64,000 nucleotides of DNA from Vulcanimicrobiota bacterium (GCA_963812155.1 CAWETW010000003.1:864001-928000), one strand, 5' to 3'. Positions 1-9,770 are shown, counted from the first letter of the stretch. Program-made: numbers and translations. Notes: generated by a model from the sequence alone, not told the origin.

Positions 1-149
1 GGCGGAGTACCCATGGTCGAGCCTTGGTCCTGCGCGATCGCGTTGCTTCCAATGTTGCCATGCGACGCTTGGGACTGGGCTGCGACCGCGTTGAGCCCTA
101 GGCCGGCTGCGATTAGCAGGGCCAGAGCTCCGGTGCTCAGTCGCTTCAA
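1..149 (-). CDS. 5' part of an exported protein (signal peptide), truncated by the window edge
   Basis: Minus strand reads AGGAGG-acaca-TTG then MKRLSTGALALLIAAGLGLNAVAAQSQASHG...STMGTP, open to position 1; typical Sec signal peptide. Not in the ORF track. Confidence 0.75.
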   Translation of the reverse strand, partial: MKRLSTGALALLIAAGLGLNAVAAQSQASHGNIGSNAIAQDQGSTMGTP

Positions 150-310
150 TGTGTCCTCCTAGCTAGCTAGTTAAAAAAGACCTCTCCCGCCCCGGCCACG
201 CCCATCAGGGCGCTCCGGGACAGTCCTGCCTCCTCCCTTCGGGAACAACCGTTTGCCCCCCCTGCAGCGAGGCCGGGGAGGCGAGAGGCGGCGGTCTCCC
301 TACCCTACCG

Positions 311-706
311 TTACGTCAGCTTTTCTTCAAGCTTTGCGAGGAACTTAGCCCGGCCCATCACGTAGCGCTCGTGGGTCCCTTCGGCAACGGCCTCGCGTTC
401 GTCGAAGACCTGGACCGCGAAGCTGATGCGCGGGCCGTCGATCATGACCACCTCGACTTCGGTCCGAACGATGAATCCCACCGGAACCGGTTTGTGATGG
501 GCGAGGTCTATATGGGTGCCGAGCGTGACCTGATCGTTTTCCAGGACCGGATCGACACAGTGAACGGCCGCGCTTTCGACGAGTTGGACCAGCATGGAAG
601 TGGAGAGAACGTCGACGCCCCGGTTCCCAGCCTTCTCTGCGGTCATCCACTCTTCGACGCGGCTCTGGAGGCTATACGAGCGACCGATGTCGAGTTTCGC
701 GCTCAT
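311..706 (-). CDS. Thioesterase, fluoroacetyl-CoA thioesterase (FlK)-like hotdog fold
   Basis: VLSTSMLVQLVESAA (Thr/Glu), GTHIDLAHHKPVPVG, GTHERYV motifs. Confidence 0.85.
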   Translation of the reverse strand: MSAKLDIGRSYSLQSRVEEWMTAEKAGNRGVDVLSTSMLVQLVESAAVHCVDPVLENDQVTLGTHIDLAHHKPVPVGFIVRTEVEVVMIDGPRISFAVQVFDEREAVAEGTHERYVMGRAKFLAKLEEKLT

Positions 707-838
707 GCCCGGGGGAAGTACGCCCCTCAGACGGAGACCTCATTCCTTGGCCAAGGGTTCGAACGCCGCGCTATGAATCAAATCCCAGCCGGCGCCGTAT
801 ATTCCGGTGAAACCGGCACAACCGACAATAGGAGTGAC

Positions 839-2113
839 ATGCAGGATCATCGCCCTTCGGCGGCGCTAAGGGCCACGTTCGTCGCGCTGACGGCAGCGCT
901 GGCACTGAGCGCTTGCGGAGGCGGCGCCCCGAAAGGACCGCCGCCGCTCAGCGTTGATGCGGCGCCGGCAGTGCGCCAGAATATCGCGACCTATCTCACG
1001 CTCGATGGGCAGATCGCGCCGAAGGAGCAATCGACGCTTGCCTTCCAGCAGAGCGGTACCGTCATCCACGTGAACGTGAACATCGGCGACGTCGCGCGTA
1101 AAGGCGAACTGCTCGCCGAGATCGACCCGTCCACGCTGTCGGCGCAACTCTCTCAGGCGCAGGCCCAGGCATCGCAGCAATCCGCGGCGGCGCAAGGCGC
1201 GGTCGTCGGGTTGCCCGTGCAAGTGCAGACGAATAACGCGGCGGTACAGTCGGCCAAGGCGAACCTCGACAACGCCAAGCTCGTGTACGAGCAAGACAAG
1301 CAGTTATTCAGACAAGGCTACGTTTCACAGACGGCGCTGCAACAGGCGCAAGCCTCGTACGTCTCGGCGCAGGCCACCTACAACAACTCCGTGGTCGGTT
1401 TGCGCAACAACGTCGTCAGCGCGCAGAACGTCAAGGCGCAGCTCGCCGGCGCGCAAGCGGCGGCGGCCCAGGCCAACGTGCTCAGCACGCAGCTCTCGCA
1501 GACGCGCGTGTTTGCGCCGTTCGACGGCGTCATTTCGAACCGCTTGCTCGATCCGGGCGCGTACGCGAGCCCGAACCAACCCGTGCTCACGATCTCGCGC
1601 ATCGACATCGTCTGGATCAACATCAACGTCCCGGATGAAGATCTCGCGTACGTTCGTCCCGGAACGCTCGTGAGATTCCGTTCGTCGTCGCTGGCGAATC
1701 GAGAGTTCGACGGACGCATTCAAACGGTGAACGCCGTGCCGACGTCGGGAACGCTTTCGTACCTCGCGCGGATGCAGATGAATAATCCCGGCGACGTGTT
1801 GCGCGGCGGCATGCTGATTAGCGCGACGCTGCCGAAGCAGCAGGCGAGCAACGCGATCGTCGTGCCGCGCAGCGCCGTCGCGGATACGGAAAGCGGTTCG
1901 GTGGTCTACGTCGTCAACGGCGGTAAGGCACAGGCGGTTCCGGTGAAGGTGGGTGTCGAGACCGATACGCTGGCGCAAGTGGTCAGTCCCAAGGTGCAGC
2001 CTGGAACGCAGGTCATCACGACGCGTCCCGATGCGCTCAAAGACGGCAGCGTCGTTGCGGTCAACGGCACGCCCGGACCCAGTTCGACCCCCGCAGGAAA
2101 AGCGTCGCACTGA
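839..2113 (+). CDS. Efflux RND transporter periplasmic adaptor (membrane fusion protein), lipoprotein
   Basis: GGAG RBS before ATG 839; lipobox LSAC; lipoyl halves (SGTVIHVNVNIGDVARKGELLAEID; APFDGVI) flanking a coiled coil. Confidence 0.9.
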   Translation: MQDHRPSAALRATFVALTAALALSACGGGAPKGPPPLSVDAAPAVRQNIATYLTLDGQIAPKEQSTLAFQQSGTVIHVNVNIGDVARKGELLAEIDPSTLSAQLSQAQAQASQQSAAAQGAVVGLPVQVQTNNAAVQSAKANLDNAKLVYEQDKQLFRQGYVSQTALQQAQASYVSAQATYNNSVVGLRNNVVSAQNVKAQLAGAQAAAAQANVLSTQLSQTRVFAPFDGVISNRLLDPGAYASPNQPVLTISRIDIVWININVPDEDLAYVRPGTLVRFRSSSLANREFDGRIQTVNAVPTSGTLSYLARMQMNNPGDVLRGGMLISATLPKQQASNAIVVPRSAVADTESGSVVYVVNGGKAQAVPVKVGVETDTLAQVVSPKVQPGTQVITTRPDALKDGSVVAVNGTPGPSSTPAGKASH

Positions 2114-3597
2114 TGAAGTCCGTTTTCTTGCCGCTCGTTGCCGCAGCGCTTTGCGCGGCACTGGCTCTCCCTGTCGCGGGCGTCGCGCAGAGCACGCCCG
2201 GTTCGAAGATCATCTTGCCGACGCCGCAGCCGATGCCGACGTCGGGCACCACGCCGCTGCCGTATCCCGCGTACGGCACGCCGGCGCCCGACGTCGCCAA
2301 TCTCCATCCGAAAAACGGGGTCCCCACCAGCATTTCCATCGAGCAAGCCACAAAGATCGCCGTCGCCCTCTCCCCGGTCTTTGCCTCGCAGAACGCGCAG
2401 TGGGCCGCCATCCATGCCAAGTACACCTCAGAGAAACAGGCTCTCTACCCCGCCGTGAGCGCCAACGGAACGATCGGCAAAGGGTATCAAAACGGAAACG
2501 TTACGCTAAACAACAACGTAACGATTCCTTCGGCGACACCGATCGGTGCCGGCATTTCGGGAAACGGCTCGACGTCGACTGAGACCGCGGCGATCACGGT
2601 TCAACAGTTGATTTTCGACGGCGGCCGTACGATCGCGGCGATTCATTCGGCAAAATCGGCCGACTACGCGGGTCGCGAAACGCTCTTGCGCGATTTGCAG
2701 ACGCTCGCGCTCAACGTCGCCACCACGTACTACAACGTGCTCCAAACCAACGCGACCGTAACTGCCGACGCACAGCTCGTCCGGGAGTTCGAAGTCAACG
2801 AACAGTCGGTCGTCGCGCAGATTCGTAACGGTGCCGCCGCACGCTCGGACTTGGCCGGCGCGCAGTTCCAGACCGCGCAGGCGCGCGGGAATCTGGTGAC
2901 GGCGCAAGGCCAGGCAATCGCCGCGCAGGCGTCGTTCGCGACGACGATGGGCTTAGACGCGGACGCCGAGGTCGTGCCCAAGGCGTTGCGGCAGCAAGCG
3001 CCGCTGGCGAATCCGACCTACGAGCAGTCGCTTAAGCGCGCCTTTGCGCTGCGTCCGGACTACCTTGCCGCCGGCTATACCGTCGAATCCGATAAGGAAG
3101 GCCTGCGCTACGCCAAGCTCGCGCGGTTTCCGATTTTGACGGCCGCTGCCAGCGACGAGGTGAGCCGCGATTTCGGCGCAATCACCAACAGTTTCTCCAA
3201 CCAGAAGGCCATCGGGCTGAACCTCGCAATTCCGATCTACGATCAAGGCGTAACCAACTACAACGTCGCGGTCGCGGCGGCGACGCTGGATCAGGCCGTC
3301 GCTGCGCTCAATCAAAGCCACCTGCAAGTTGAGTCCGACGTCCGGTCTGCGCTGGCCAACTTCATCTCCGCGCGCGCCGCACTCGTGCAAGCCAACTCCG
3401 AATTAACGGCGGCAAAAGTATCGCTCGACGCGACGCAAGCGCAATATAAAGTCGGCGCCACCACGATCATCAACGTCGTGACCGCCGAAGCGAACCTTGC
3501 GACCGCGCAGGCGGCGCAAATTACGGCGCTCTATTCGGTCCAAAACGCCGAGGAGAACTATCTCTACGCAACCGGCTTGAGCGATTTGCAGTTGTAG
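2113..3597 (+). CDS. TolC-family outer membrane efflux protein
   Basis: Signal peptide; QQLIFDGG, LNLAIPIYDQG, QYKVGATTIINVVTAE motifs; TGATG coupling to the MFP gene. Confidence 0.9.
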   Translation: MKSVFLPLVAAALCAALALPVAGVAQSTPGSKIILPTPQPMPTSGTTPLPYPAYGTPAPDVANLHPKNGVPTSISIEQATKIAVALSPVFASQNAQWAAIHAKYTSEKQALYPAVSANGTIGKGYQNGNVTLNNNVTIPSATPIGAGISGNGSTSTETAAITVQQLIFDGGRTIAAIHSAKSADYAGRETLLRDLQTLALNVATTYYNVLQTNATVTADAQLVREFEVNEQSVVAQIRNGAAARSDLAGAQFQTAQARGNLVTAQGQAIAAQASFATTMGLDADAEVVPKALRQQAPLANPTYEQSLKRAFALRPDYLAAGYTVESDKEGLRYAKLARFPILTAAASDEVSRDFGAITNSFSNQKAIGLNLAIPIYDQGVTNYNVAVAAATLDQAVAALNQSHLQVESDVRSALANFISARAALVQANSELTAAKVSLDATQAQYKVGATTIINVVTAEANLATAQAAQITALYSVQNAEENYLYATGLSDLQL

Positions 3598-3645
3598 CCG
3601 GCCGCCCAGGTCGCCCGGACGCCGCCGCTAAATCATAACGGCGTA

Positions 3646-4803
3646 ATGGCTTCGCAAGCGCCGGGCGTACCGGCCGCGGTATCCGATCCCGTAAACTCGG
3701 CGATCCTGGCGATCTCGGAAGACCGCTTGACGGGATTTCAAACCGACCCCTTCGGCGAAATCGCCGCGCGCAGCGGGATTCCGGCCGAGACGGTTATCGA
3801 GCGCGTGGTTGCGATGCAGCGCGCCGGTACGATTCGCAGGGTACGGCAGACCGTGATGTCGACGAATCTCGCACGCGGAGCGCTGTGCGCGTGGCAACTG
3901 AGCGAAGACCGTCTCGACGCCGCGTTCGAGTACATGTTTCGCGACGATCCCTTCTCGGGGCACGTCGTCATCCGTTCGACCGACGCGGCGTCTCCGGGAA
4001 GCACCTACCGTTTATGGACGACGGTAAAGGTGCCGCAAGGATACTCGCTGCGCAAACACGCCGAACTGCTGCGCGGCATCGTCGGCGCAGAACGTTTTCG
4101 CTTGATGCCCGCCAAGATGCTGTTCACTCTCGGCGTGGGTCACGTGCGCCGGCGCGGGCTGGAACCGGGCGCGCGGGCCGATTCCCCCGGCAAGCCGCAG
4201 CACACCGAATTCGTCGAACTCTCGCAACCCCAATGGCGCGCGCTCACCTCACTCAAACGCGAATTCGCGGCGGAAGAGATCGTGCGCGATCTGTGGCGCG
4301 CGCGCGCCGCCGAAGCCGGAATGGGACTCGACGAGTTCGTTGCGATCGCGTCGGATCTCAACCGGCGCGGCGTGATCGGGCGCTTTTCGACCTTTCTCGA
4401 GCACGTCAAGGCCACCGCCAATGACGAACGCGTTACGCGCTACAACGCGCTCTTCCACTGGGCGGTCCCGCCGGGACGCGAGATCGAGGCCGGATGCGAG
4501 GTCGCTCGGCACTACGTCGTCACGCATGCCTATTGGCGCGAAGGCGGACCGGAGTTTCACGGGGTGAACGTCATGGCGGTGGTGCACGGCACCGAGAAAC
4601 CCGTCGTGCTCGCGCACAAGGCCGCCATCGATGCCCACTTGCACGAAGCCGGCATAGACGGTTCGTATACCAATGTGTTTTGGGGCGGCCGCAGCGAAAT
4701 CAAGCCCTCGGAAATCGCGCCCGACGCGTATCGCGATTTTTGCCGAAGTCACGGCGTCGAGCCCGAAGCGATGCTCGCCGAATCCGGCGAGGAAGGAGCC
4801 TAG
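3646..4803 (+). CDS. Two-module Lrp/AsnC-like protein, siroheme decarboxylase (AhbA/AhbB, NirDLGH)-like
   Basis: Two HTH+RAM halves (DPFGEIAARSG...GTIRRV; ARAAEAGMGLDEF...GVIGRF); THAYWR resembles the Ahb HxYxR motif; VMAVVHG. Confidence 0.7.
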   Translation: MASQAPGVPAAVSDPVNSAILAISEDRLTGFQTDPFGEIAARSGIPAETVIERVVAMQRAGTIRRVRQTVMSTNLARGALCAWQLSEDRLDAAFEYMFRDDPFSGHVVIRSTDAASPGSTYRLWTTVKVPQGYSLRKHAELLRGIVGAERFRLMPAKMLFTLGVGHVRRRGLEPGARADSPGKPQHTEFVELSQPQWRALTSLKREFAAEEIVRDLWRARAAEAGMGLDEFVAIASDLNRRGVIGRFSTFLEHVKATANDERVTRYNALFHWAVPPGREIEAGCEVARHYVVTHAYWREGGPEFHGVNVMAVVHGTEKPVVLAHKAAIDAHLHEAGIDGSYTNVFWGGRSEIKPSEIAPDAYRDFCRSHGVEPEAMLAESGEEGA

Positions 4804-4804
4804 T

Positions 4805-6478
4805 GTGAAAAGAGCGTTCGCCGCCGCTGCCCCGGCGGTCTTAGGAGCGGTGCTCGTTCTGAGCGGCTGCACGAAAGCCGGGACGGCCGGCGGTTCGGCC
4901 GGCGAACGCCATTCGTGGACCCAGCCGGGCGTGCTCCGTTTCTCGGAGTTCACGGATCCCAAAAACCTCAATCCGTCGCTCGACTCGGCGGCGCCGACTC
5001 TCGACCTCGCGATGTTCATCTACTCCTGGACGATCCGCTACGACGCTCACGCACGTCCGTATCCGGATGCGTTGAGCGAAGTTCCGACGATTGCCAACGG
5101 CGACGTGAGCAAAGACGGGCTTACGCTGAAGTACAAGCTGCGGCACAACATCAAGTGGCAAGACGGCGTGCAACTCACCTGTCGCGACCTACGCTTTACC
5201 TGGCAAGTCGTGATGAATACGCACAACAACGTCATCACCACCGACGGATACAAAGACATCGACAGCATCGACTGTTCCGACCCGTACGTTGCCGTCATTC
5301 ACATGAAGCGCCTCTACGCGCCGTTCCTCCAGCAGCTGTGGAGCGTCAACGGCAACTCGCCGATTCTGCCCGAGCACTTGCTGGCAAAGTATAACGACGA
5401 CAAGGGCTCGTTCAACAGCGCGCCTTACAACTCGATGCCTGTCGGCAGCGGTCCGTTCAAGGTTGTTTCATGGCAACGCGGACAGGAAGTTCGCATGGAA
5501 GCCAATCCGGACTTCTACCTGGGCAAACCCAAGCTCAACACGGTGATTTACAAGATCATCGCCGACGAAAACACGGTTCTCGCGGAACTTCAATCTCACG
5601 AACTCGACATGCTGGCGATCGGCTCGGGCTTGAAGTGGCCCGACTATGCCGCGTTAGCCGCCGACCCCAAAAGCGGTCTCACGGCGATTCGCGTCGACTC
5701 GTACCTTTGGTCGCACGCCGACTTCAATCTGCGCCACCCAATCGTCAGCGACATCAACGTCCGCCGGGCGCTCGCCTATGCCACCGACCGTAAAGAGATT
5801 ATCGAGAAGATTCAGCACGGTTCGGGTCTTGCCGCCGAGACCGACCAGAGCCCCGCGCTTTCGTGGGCGTTCAGCAGCGACATCACGCACTATCCTTACG
5901 ATCCGGCCAAGGCGAAGGCACTGCTCGAGGCCGATGGCTGGAAGGTCGGTCCGGACGGAGTTCGCGTGAAAAACGGCCAACGCTTGGAGTTTACGCTGAG
6001 CACGCAGACCGAATCGAACGCCGGCAAGGCACTGCAGACGTTCTTGCAGAGCGCGTGGCACGACATCGGCGTGCAGGCCGACGTGAAGAACTATCCGTCG
6101 AGCCAGTTCTTCGAGAACTCCAGTGCCGGCATTTTACAAGGCGGTCACTACGACGTGGCACTCTTCAGTTGGATCGGCGCCGCGGATCCCGACGACAATG
6201 CTATCTACTCCGGCCACAACCTGGCGCCGAAAGGCCAGAACGCGATGATGTGGGAGAACGCCAAGGCAACCGCCGCCATGGACGACGCACTGAAGACGAT
6301 CGACCAGGCTCGCCGCAAGCGCGACTACCTCATCGTGCAGCAGCAACTGTCGGTTGACGTGCCGACGATCATCATCAGCTTCGCTCGCGTGCCCTACGTC
6401 TATAATACCGACTTGAAAGGATTCGACCCGTCGCCGGTGATATCGGCATTTTGGGATCCCTGGAACTATTCGATCTGA
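4805..6478 (+). CDS. Peptide/nickel ABC transporter substrate-binding lipoprotein (SBP family 5)
   Basis: GGAG RBS, GTG 4805; lipobox LSGC; DGLTLKYKLRHNIKWQDG, PVGSGPFK, YDPAKAKALLEADGW. Confidence 0.9.
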   Translation: MKRAFAAAAPAVLGAVLVLSGCTKAGTAGGSAGERHSWTQPGVLRFSEFTDPKNLNPSLDSAAPTLDLAMFIYSWTIRYDAHARPYPDALSEVPTIANGDVSKDGLTLKYKLRHNIKWQDGVQLTCRDLRFTWQVVMNTHNNVITTDGYKDIDSIDCSDPYVAVIHMKRLYAPFLQQLWSVNGNSPILPEHLLAKYNDDKGSFNSAPYNSMPVGSGPFKVVSWQRGQEVRMEANPDFYLGKPKLNTVIYKIIADENTVLAELQSHELDMLAIGSGLKWPDYAALAADPKSGLTAIRVDSYLWSHADFNLRHPIVSDINVRRALAYATDRKEIIEKIQHGSGLAAETDQSPALSWAFSSDITHYPYDPAKAKALLEADGWKVGPDGVRVKNGQRLEFTLSTQTESNAGKALQTFLQSAWHDIGVQADVKNYPSSQFFENSSAGILQGGHYDVALFSWIGAADPDDNAIYSGHNLAPKGQNAMMWENAKATAAMDDALKTIDQARRKRDYLIVQQQLSVDVPTIIISFARVPYVYNTDLKGFDPSPVISAFWDPWNYSI

Positions 6479-6506
6479 CGGGTGTGCTTAAATGAGGAGC
6501 TCTTTA

Positions 6507-8144
6507 ATGCATCGCCGTAGCCGCGCGCCGTTTCGTGCGCTCGCCGCCATCGTCACCGCCGCGTTCCTTTGCTCGTGCTCCAAGGCGGGCGAAACGGCAG
6601 CATCCCCTACGCACGCGCTCGTCATGGCCGACGGCAGCGGCGACCTCGTTTCTCTCAACCCTCATTTGTTCACCGAATTGACGCTCAGTTACATCTCGCA
6701 ATTAACGGAAGCGTACCTCGTGAAATACGACGTGCAGAACCGGCCGTACCCGGAACTGGCGACCGAAGTGCCGAGCCTTACGAACGGCGGGATTTCGGCG
6801 GACGGCAAAACGATTACGTGGCATCTCCGCAAGGGCGTGCGCTGGTCTGACGGGGCGCCGTTCGACGCGGACGACGTCGCGTTCTCGACGAAGGTCGTGC
6901 TGAATCCGGCCAACAACGAGGTCGGTCGCGACGGCTGGAACCTCATTCAGAAAGTCGACGAGCCCGACAAATACACCGTCGTCTATCATATGAGCCGTCC
7001 CTACTCGCCGTTCATTCCAACGTTTTTCGGCAGTGCGGGTGCGAACCCGGACCTGCTGCCGAAGCACCTTCTTGAAAAATATCCCAACATCAATCAGGTT
7101 CCGTATAACTCGAAGCCGGTCGGGATCGGGCCGTTTCGCGTCGTCGCCTGGCATCGCGGCGACAATATCCTGTTGGAGGCGAATCCGTACTACTTCCGCG
7201 GTCAGCCGAAGATCAAAAAAATTACCTACCGTATCATTCCGTCGTTCGATACGCTCGCGACGCTGATGCAAACCGGCGAAGTTCAGTTGTGGCCGGTCGT
7301 ACCGTCAGGGTACATCGATCGGATGCTCGCGCTGGCAAACACGAAGACGGATATCGTGTCGAGCCCCTACTACGCGCATCTCGATTTCAACGTGGCGCGC
7401 CCGCTCGTCAGCGATCTTCGCGTGCGCAAAGCCATCCTCTATGCGATCGACCGCCCGGAACTCGCGCGCAAGATCTCGCACGGCCATGCGGTCGTTCAAG
7501 AGAGCGTCATGCCGACGGTCAATCCGCTCGCGCCCCCTCCCAACGCGATCCCGCTCACGCCGTACGATCCGGCGAAGGCCAAGCAACTGCTCGACCAAGC
7601 CGGCTGGAAGGTGGGGCCGGACGGCATCCGCGTCAAGAACGGCCAGCGGCTGTCGCTGCAGTTCCCATACTATACCGGCTCGGCAAGCGCAGACGACCTC
7701 GTCGAGTTCGTTCGTCAGGCGCTGCGCACGGTGGGGATCGACATCCAAACGCGCAAGTTCGCGCCCGCGATGTTCTTCGCTCCCTATCAGCAGAACGGCA
7801 TCGTCTATGGCGGGAAGTGGGACATGACGTACTTCTCGTGGCAGGCGCTGCCCGTGGCCGACATTTCGAACAATTGGGAGTGCAATCAAATCCCGCCCAA
7901 CGGGCAAAACGTCACGCACTTCTGCAATAAAGAGCTCGATGCAATGCTCGAGCAAGTGAAGGCGACCTACGACCCGGCGCGGCAGCGCACCCTGCTCAAA
8001 AGCGAGCTGCAGCTCATCGCCGCCAACGTTCCGACCATCGTTCTCAGCGTTCCGCAAGTCGGATTCACGCATAGCCCCAATCTTACGAACTTCACGCCGA
8101 ATGCGTGGACGCCGTTCGACAATTTCTTAAACACCGACATCTAA
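6507..8144 (+). CDS. Peptide/nickel ABC transporter substrate-binding lipoprotein (SBP family 5), second paralog
   Basis: GAGGAG RBS before ATG 6507; lipobox LCSC; DGKTITWHLRKGVRWSDG, PVGIGPF, YDPAKAKQLLDQAGW. Confidence 0.9.
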   Translation: MHRRSRAPFRALAAIVTAAFLCSCSKAGETAASPTHALVMADGSGDLVSLNPHLFTELTLSYISQLTEAYLVKYDVQNRPYPELATEVPSLTNGGISADGKTITWHLRKGVRWSDGAPFDADDVAFSTKVVLNPANNEVGRDGWNLIQKVDEPDKYTVVYHMSRPYSPFIPTFFGSAGANPDLLPKHLLEKYPNINQVPYNSKPVGIGPFRVVAWHRGDNILLEANPYYFRGQPKIKKITYRIIPSFDTLATLMQTGEVQLWPVVPSGYIDRMLALANTKTDIVSSPYYAHLDFNVARPLVSDLRVRKAILYAIDRPELARKISHGHAVVQESVMPTVNPLAPPPNAIPLTPYDPAKAKQLLDQAGWKVGPDGIRVKNGQRLSLQFPYYTGSASADDLVEFVRQALRTVGIDIQTRKFAPAMFFAPYQQNGIVYGGKWDMTYFSWQALPVADISNNWECNQIPPNGQNVTHFCNKELDAMLEQVKATYDPARQRTLLKSELQLIAANVPTIVLSVPQVGFTHSPNLTNFTPNAWTPFDNFLNTDI

Positions 8145-8174
8145 CCACGCCGTCCCGAGCGGAGCAGCGCACGT

Positions 8175-8408
8175 ATGACGCCGCTGACGACATTCGGTTT
8201 GTTCGCCGTAACGGCGATGCTGATCACGTACGCGTTTGAAAAGCGAAGTCCGTCGTTTATCCTCGCGTTCGCCGCTGCCTGCGTTTTAGGCTCGGTCTAC
8301 GGCTTTCTCCAGGGTGCGTGGCCGTTCGGCATTGTCGAAGCGATCTGGTCGGTCGTCGCGATCGCGCGGTGGATTCGCATAAGCAGCGCTCAGGATGACA
8401 GCGCTTAG
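8175..8408 (+). CDS. Small conserved membrane protein (about 3 TM)
   Basis: Hydrophobic 77 aa with YGFLQGAWPFGIVEAIW motif. Confidence 0.7.
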   Translation: MTPLTTFGLFAVTAMLITYAFEKRSPSFILAFAAACVLGSVYGFLQGAWPFGIVEAIWSVVAIARWIRISSAQDDSA

Positions 8409-9770
8409 GAGAGCGCATCCGAGGAGCGGTAGCGCTCGGAGAAAGGCCCACACCGGCTCGACCGCGAGTAATCCGGTGCGTTGCTGTTCGGCCGCCCAAA
8501 CGCCGGCGATCGGCGCAGTCGAGGGTGCGTGGAACGCGCCAAGCGCGTCGGGCCAAACGGGCGCCGGATGCGACGCACCGAGCCACGCCGCGATGGCGAA
8601 GACGAACGCAACGGCAGTGGTTGCGGCAAGCGCGCCAAGCAATTCGCGACGGAGAAACGCACCGCTCGCGTCGCCGAGTGCAGCGAATGCGCACGCGGCG
8701 GCAGCGGCGAGCAGGGCGCTCTGAGCGATGCCGGTTGGCCGCTGCGCGAGCCCCAGCCAATCGATGGCTGCGAGCAGCGTCGCCGCCAGCGCGAGGGAAC
8801 GCACGGGGCCTCGCGTCCGAAACGCACACCAGCCGGCCGCGGCGTAGGCGACGACGAGATCGTGTTCGTGAAAGAACGTCGTGACGAAGGGTGCCAGCGC
8901 GGCGATTGCGGCGAAGCGCGCGAACGGATCGCGGATGCGGCGCCACAGCACGATGGCCGCGAGCGCTGCCGCCGCCGCGCACGCGACGGCGATTGCGGCG
9001 GCAGCAGCGAGTGAGAATCCGGCGCCGTATGCGATCGCGGCCGGCGTCAGTTGAATCGCGCCGAAGCGCTCGGCCTCCGCGTGCGCCGCCAGTTGCATTG
9101 CATAGTCGATGGGCCACCGCAGGCCGAAAAACAATGCGCCGAACGCGTACGCTGCGAGCGCACCCACGGCGATCGCGATGGTTGCGCGATTTCGTCCGAG
9201 CAGCGCGACGAGCCCAAAGGCGACGTTGGGTTGCGCGAACGCGACGAACGATGCGGCAGTTCGCCCGAACAATGGGAGCGGCAGCGAGGCCAGCGTCGCG
9301 GCGAGAAATGCAAGCAATGCTACTTGGCCGAGTGCGAGGTCGCTCGTCAGCGGTCCGAAGCCAACCGTCAGTACGCACGCGCAGAGCAATGCGTACGTGC
9401 TCGGCGCCGCCGACGCGCGCACGACGACGATGACGAGCGCAAGGGCTGCGATGACGAGCAACGCGCTCCAGAGTCCGGCCGCGACCGGATAAGGAAGGCG
9501 CGCGAGAAGACTCCACAGCGCGATCGTCGGCGGCGGTGCGACGAAGGGAAGTATTTCGTCGCGCGAAGCGTCGACGCCGGGGACGCTGCGTTCCGCATTC
9601 CAAATCGCGCGGCCGTACGGATTTCCGCCGGCGTTCCACGCCGATCCCGCGCTCCAGTAAGCTTCGAAATCGCGCAGAAACGGGCCCGGCGTTGCGACCG
9701 GGCGGAACGAGAGAATGGCCGTCGCGGCCAGCGCGAACGCTAGCGGCAGCAGCCACCGCGATCCGGTCAC
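8286..9770 (-). CDS. Glycosyltransferase family 87-like polytopic membrane protein
   Basis: GTG 9770 overlaps the stop of the upstream M50 gene; RDFEAYW..G..NPY, PFVAPP, DLALGQ, FHEHD motifs; 3' end overlaps a convergent small gene. Confidence 0.75.
   Translation of the reverse strand: MTGSRWLLPLAFALAATAILSFRPVATPGPFLRDFEAYWSAGSAWNAGGNPYGRAIWNAERSVPGVDASRDEILPFVAPPPTIALWSLLARLPYPVAAGLWSALLVIAALALVIVVVRASAAPSTYALLCACVLTVGFGPLTSDLALGQVALLAFLAATLASLPLPLFGRTAASFVAFAQPNVAFGLVALLGRNRATIAIAVGALAAYAFGALFFGLRWPIDYAMQLAAHAEAERFGAIQLTPAAIAYGAGFSLAAAAAIAVACAAAAALAAIVLWRRIRDPFARFAAIAALAPFVTTFFHEHDLVVAYAAAGWCAFRTRGPVRSLALAATLLAAIDWLGLAQRPTGIAQSALLAAAAACAFAALGDASGAFLRRELLGALAATTAVAFVFAIAAWLGASHPAPVWPDALGAFHAPSTAPIAGVWAAEQQRTGLLAVEPVWAFLRALPLLGCALLSAVILSAAYANPPRDRDDRPDRFDNAERPRTLEKAVDRA

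Noticed and set aside
225..262. c-di-GMP-I riboswitch in the leader (GGGCAAAC on the minus strand)
   Set aside because: It lacks the GAAA tetraloop and the downstream GACGCAAA junction.
371..838. Long N-terminal extension of the MFP ORF; similar extensions on 8286..10406, 17997..20036, 13349..14866 and 54059..54574
   Set aside because: The extensions overlap other genuine genes or the tRNA and are stop-poor GC-rich read-through; better starts with an RBS or coupling exist downstream.
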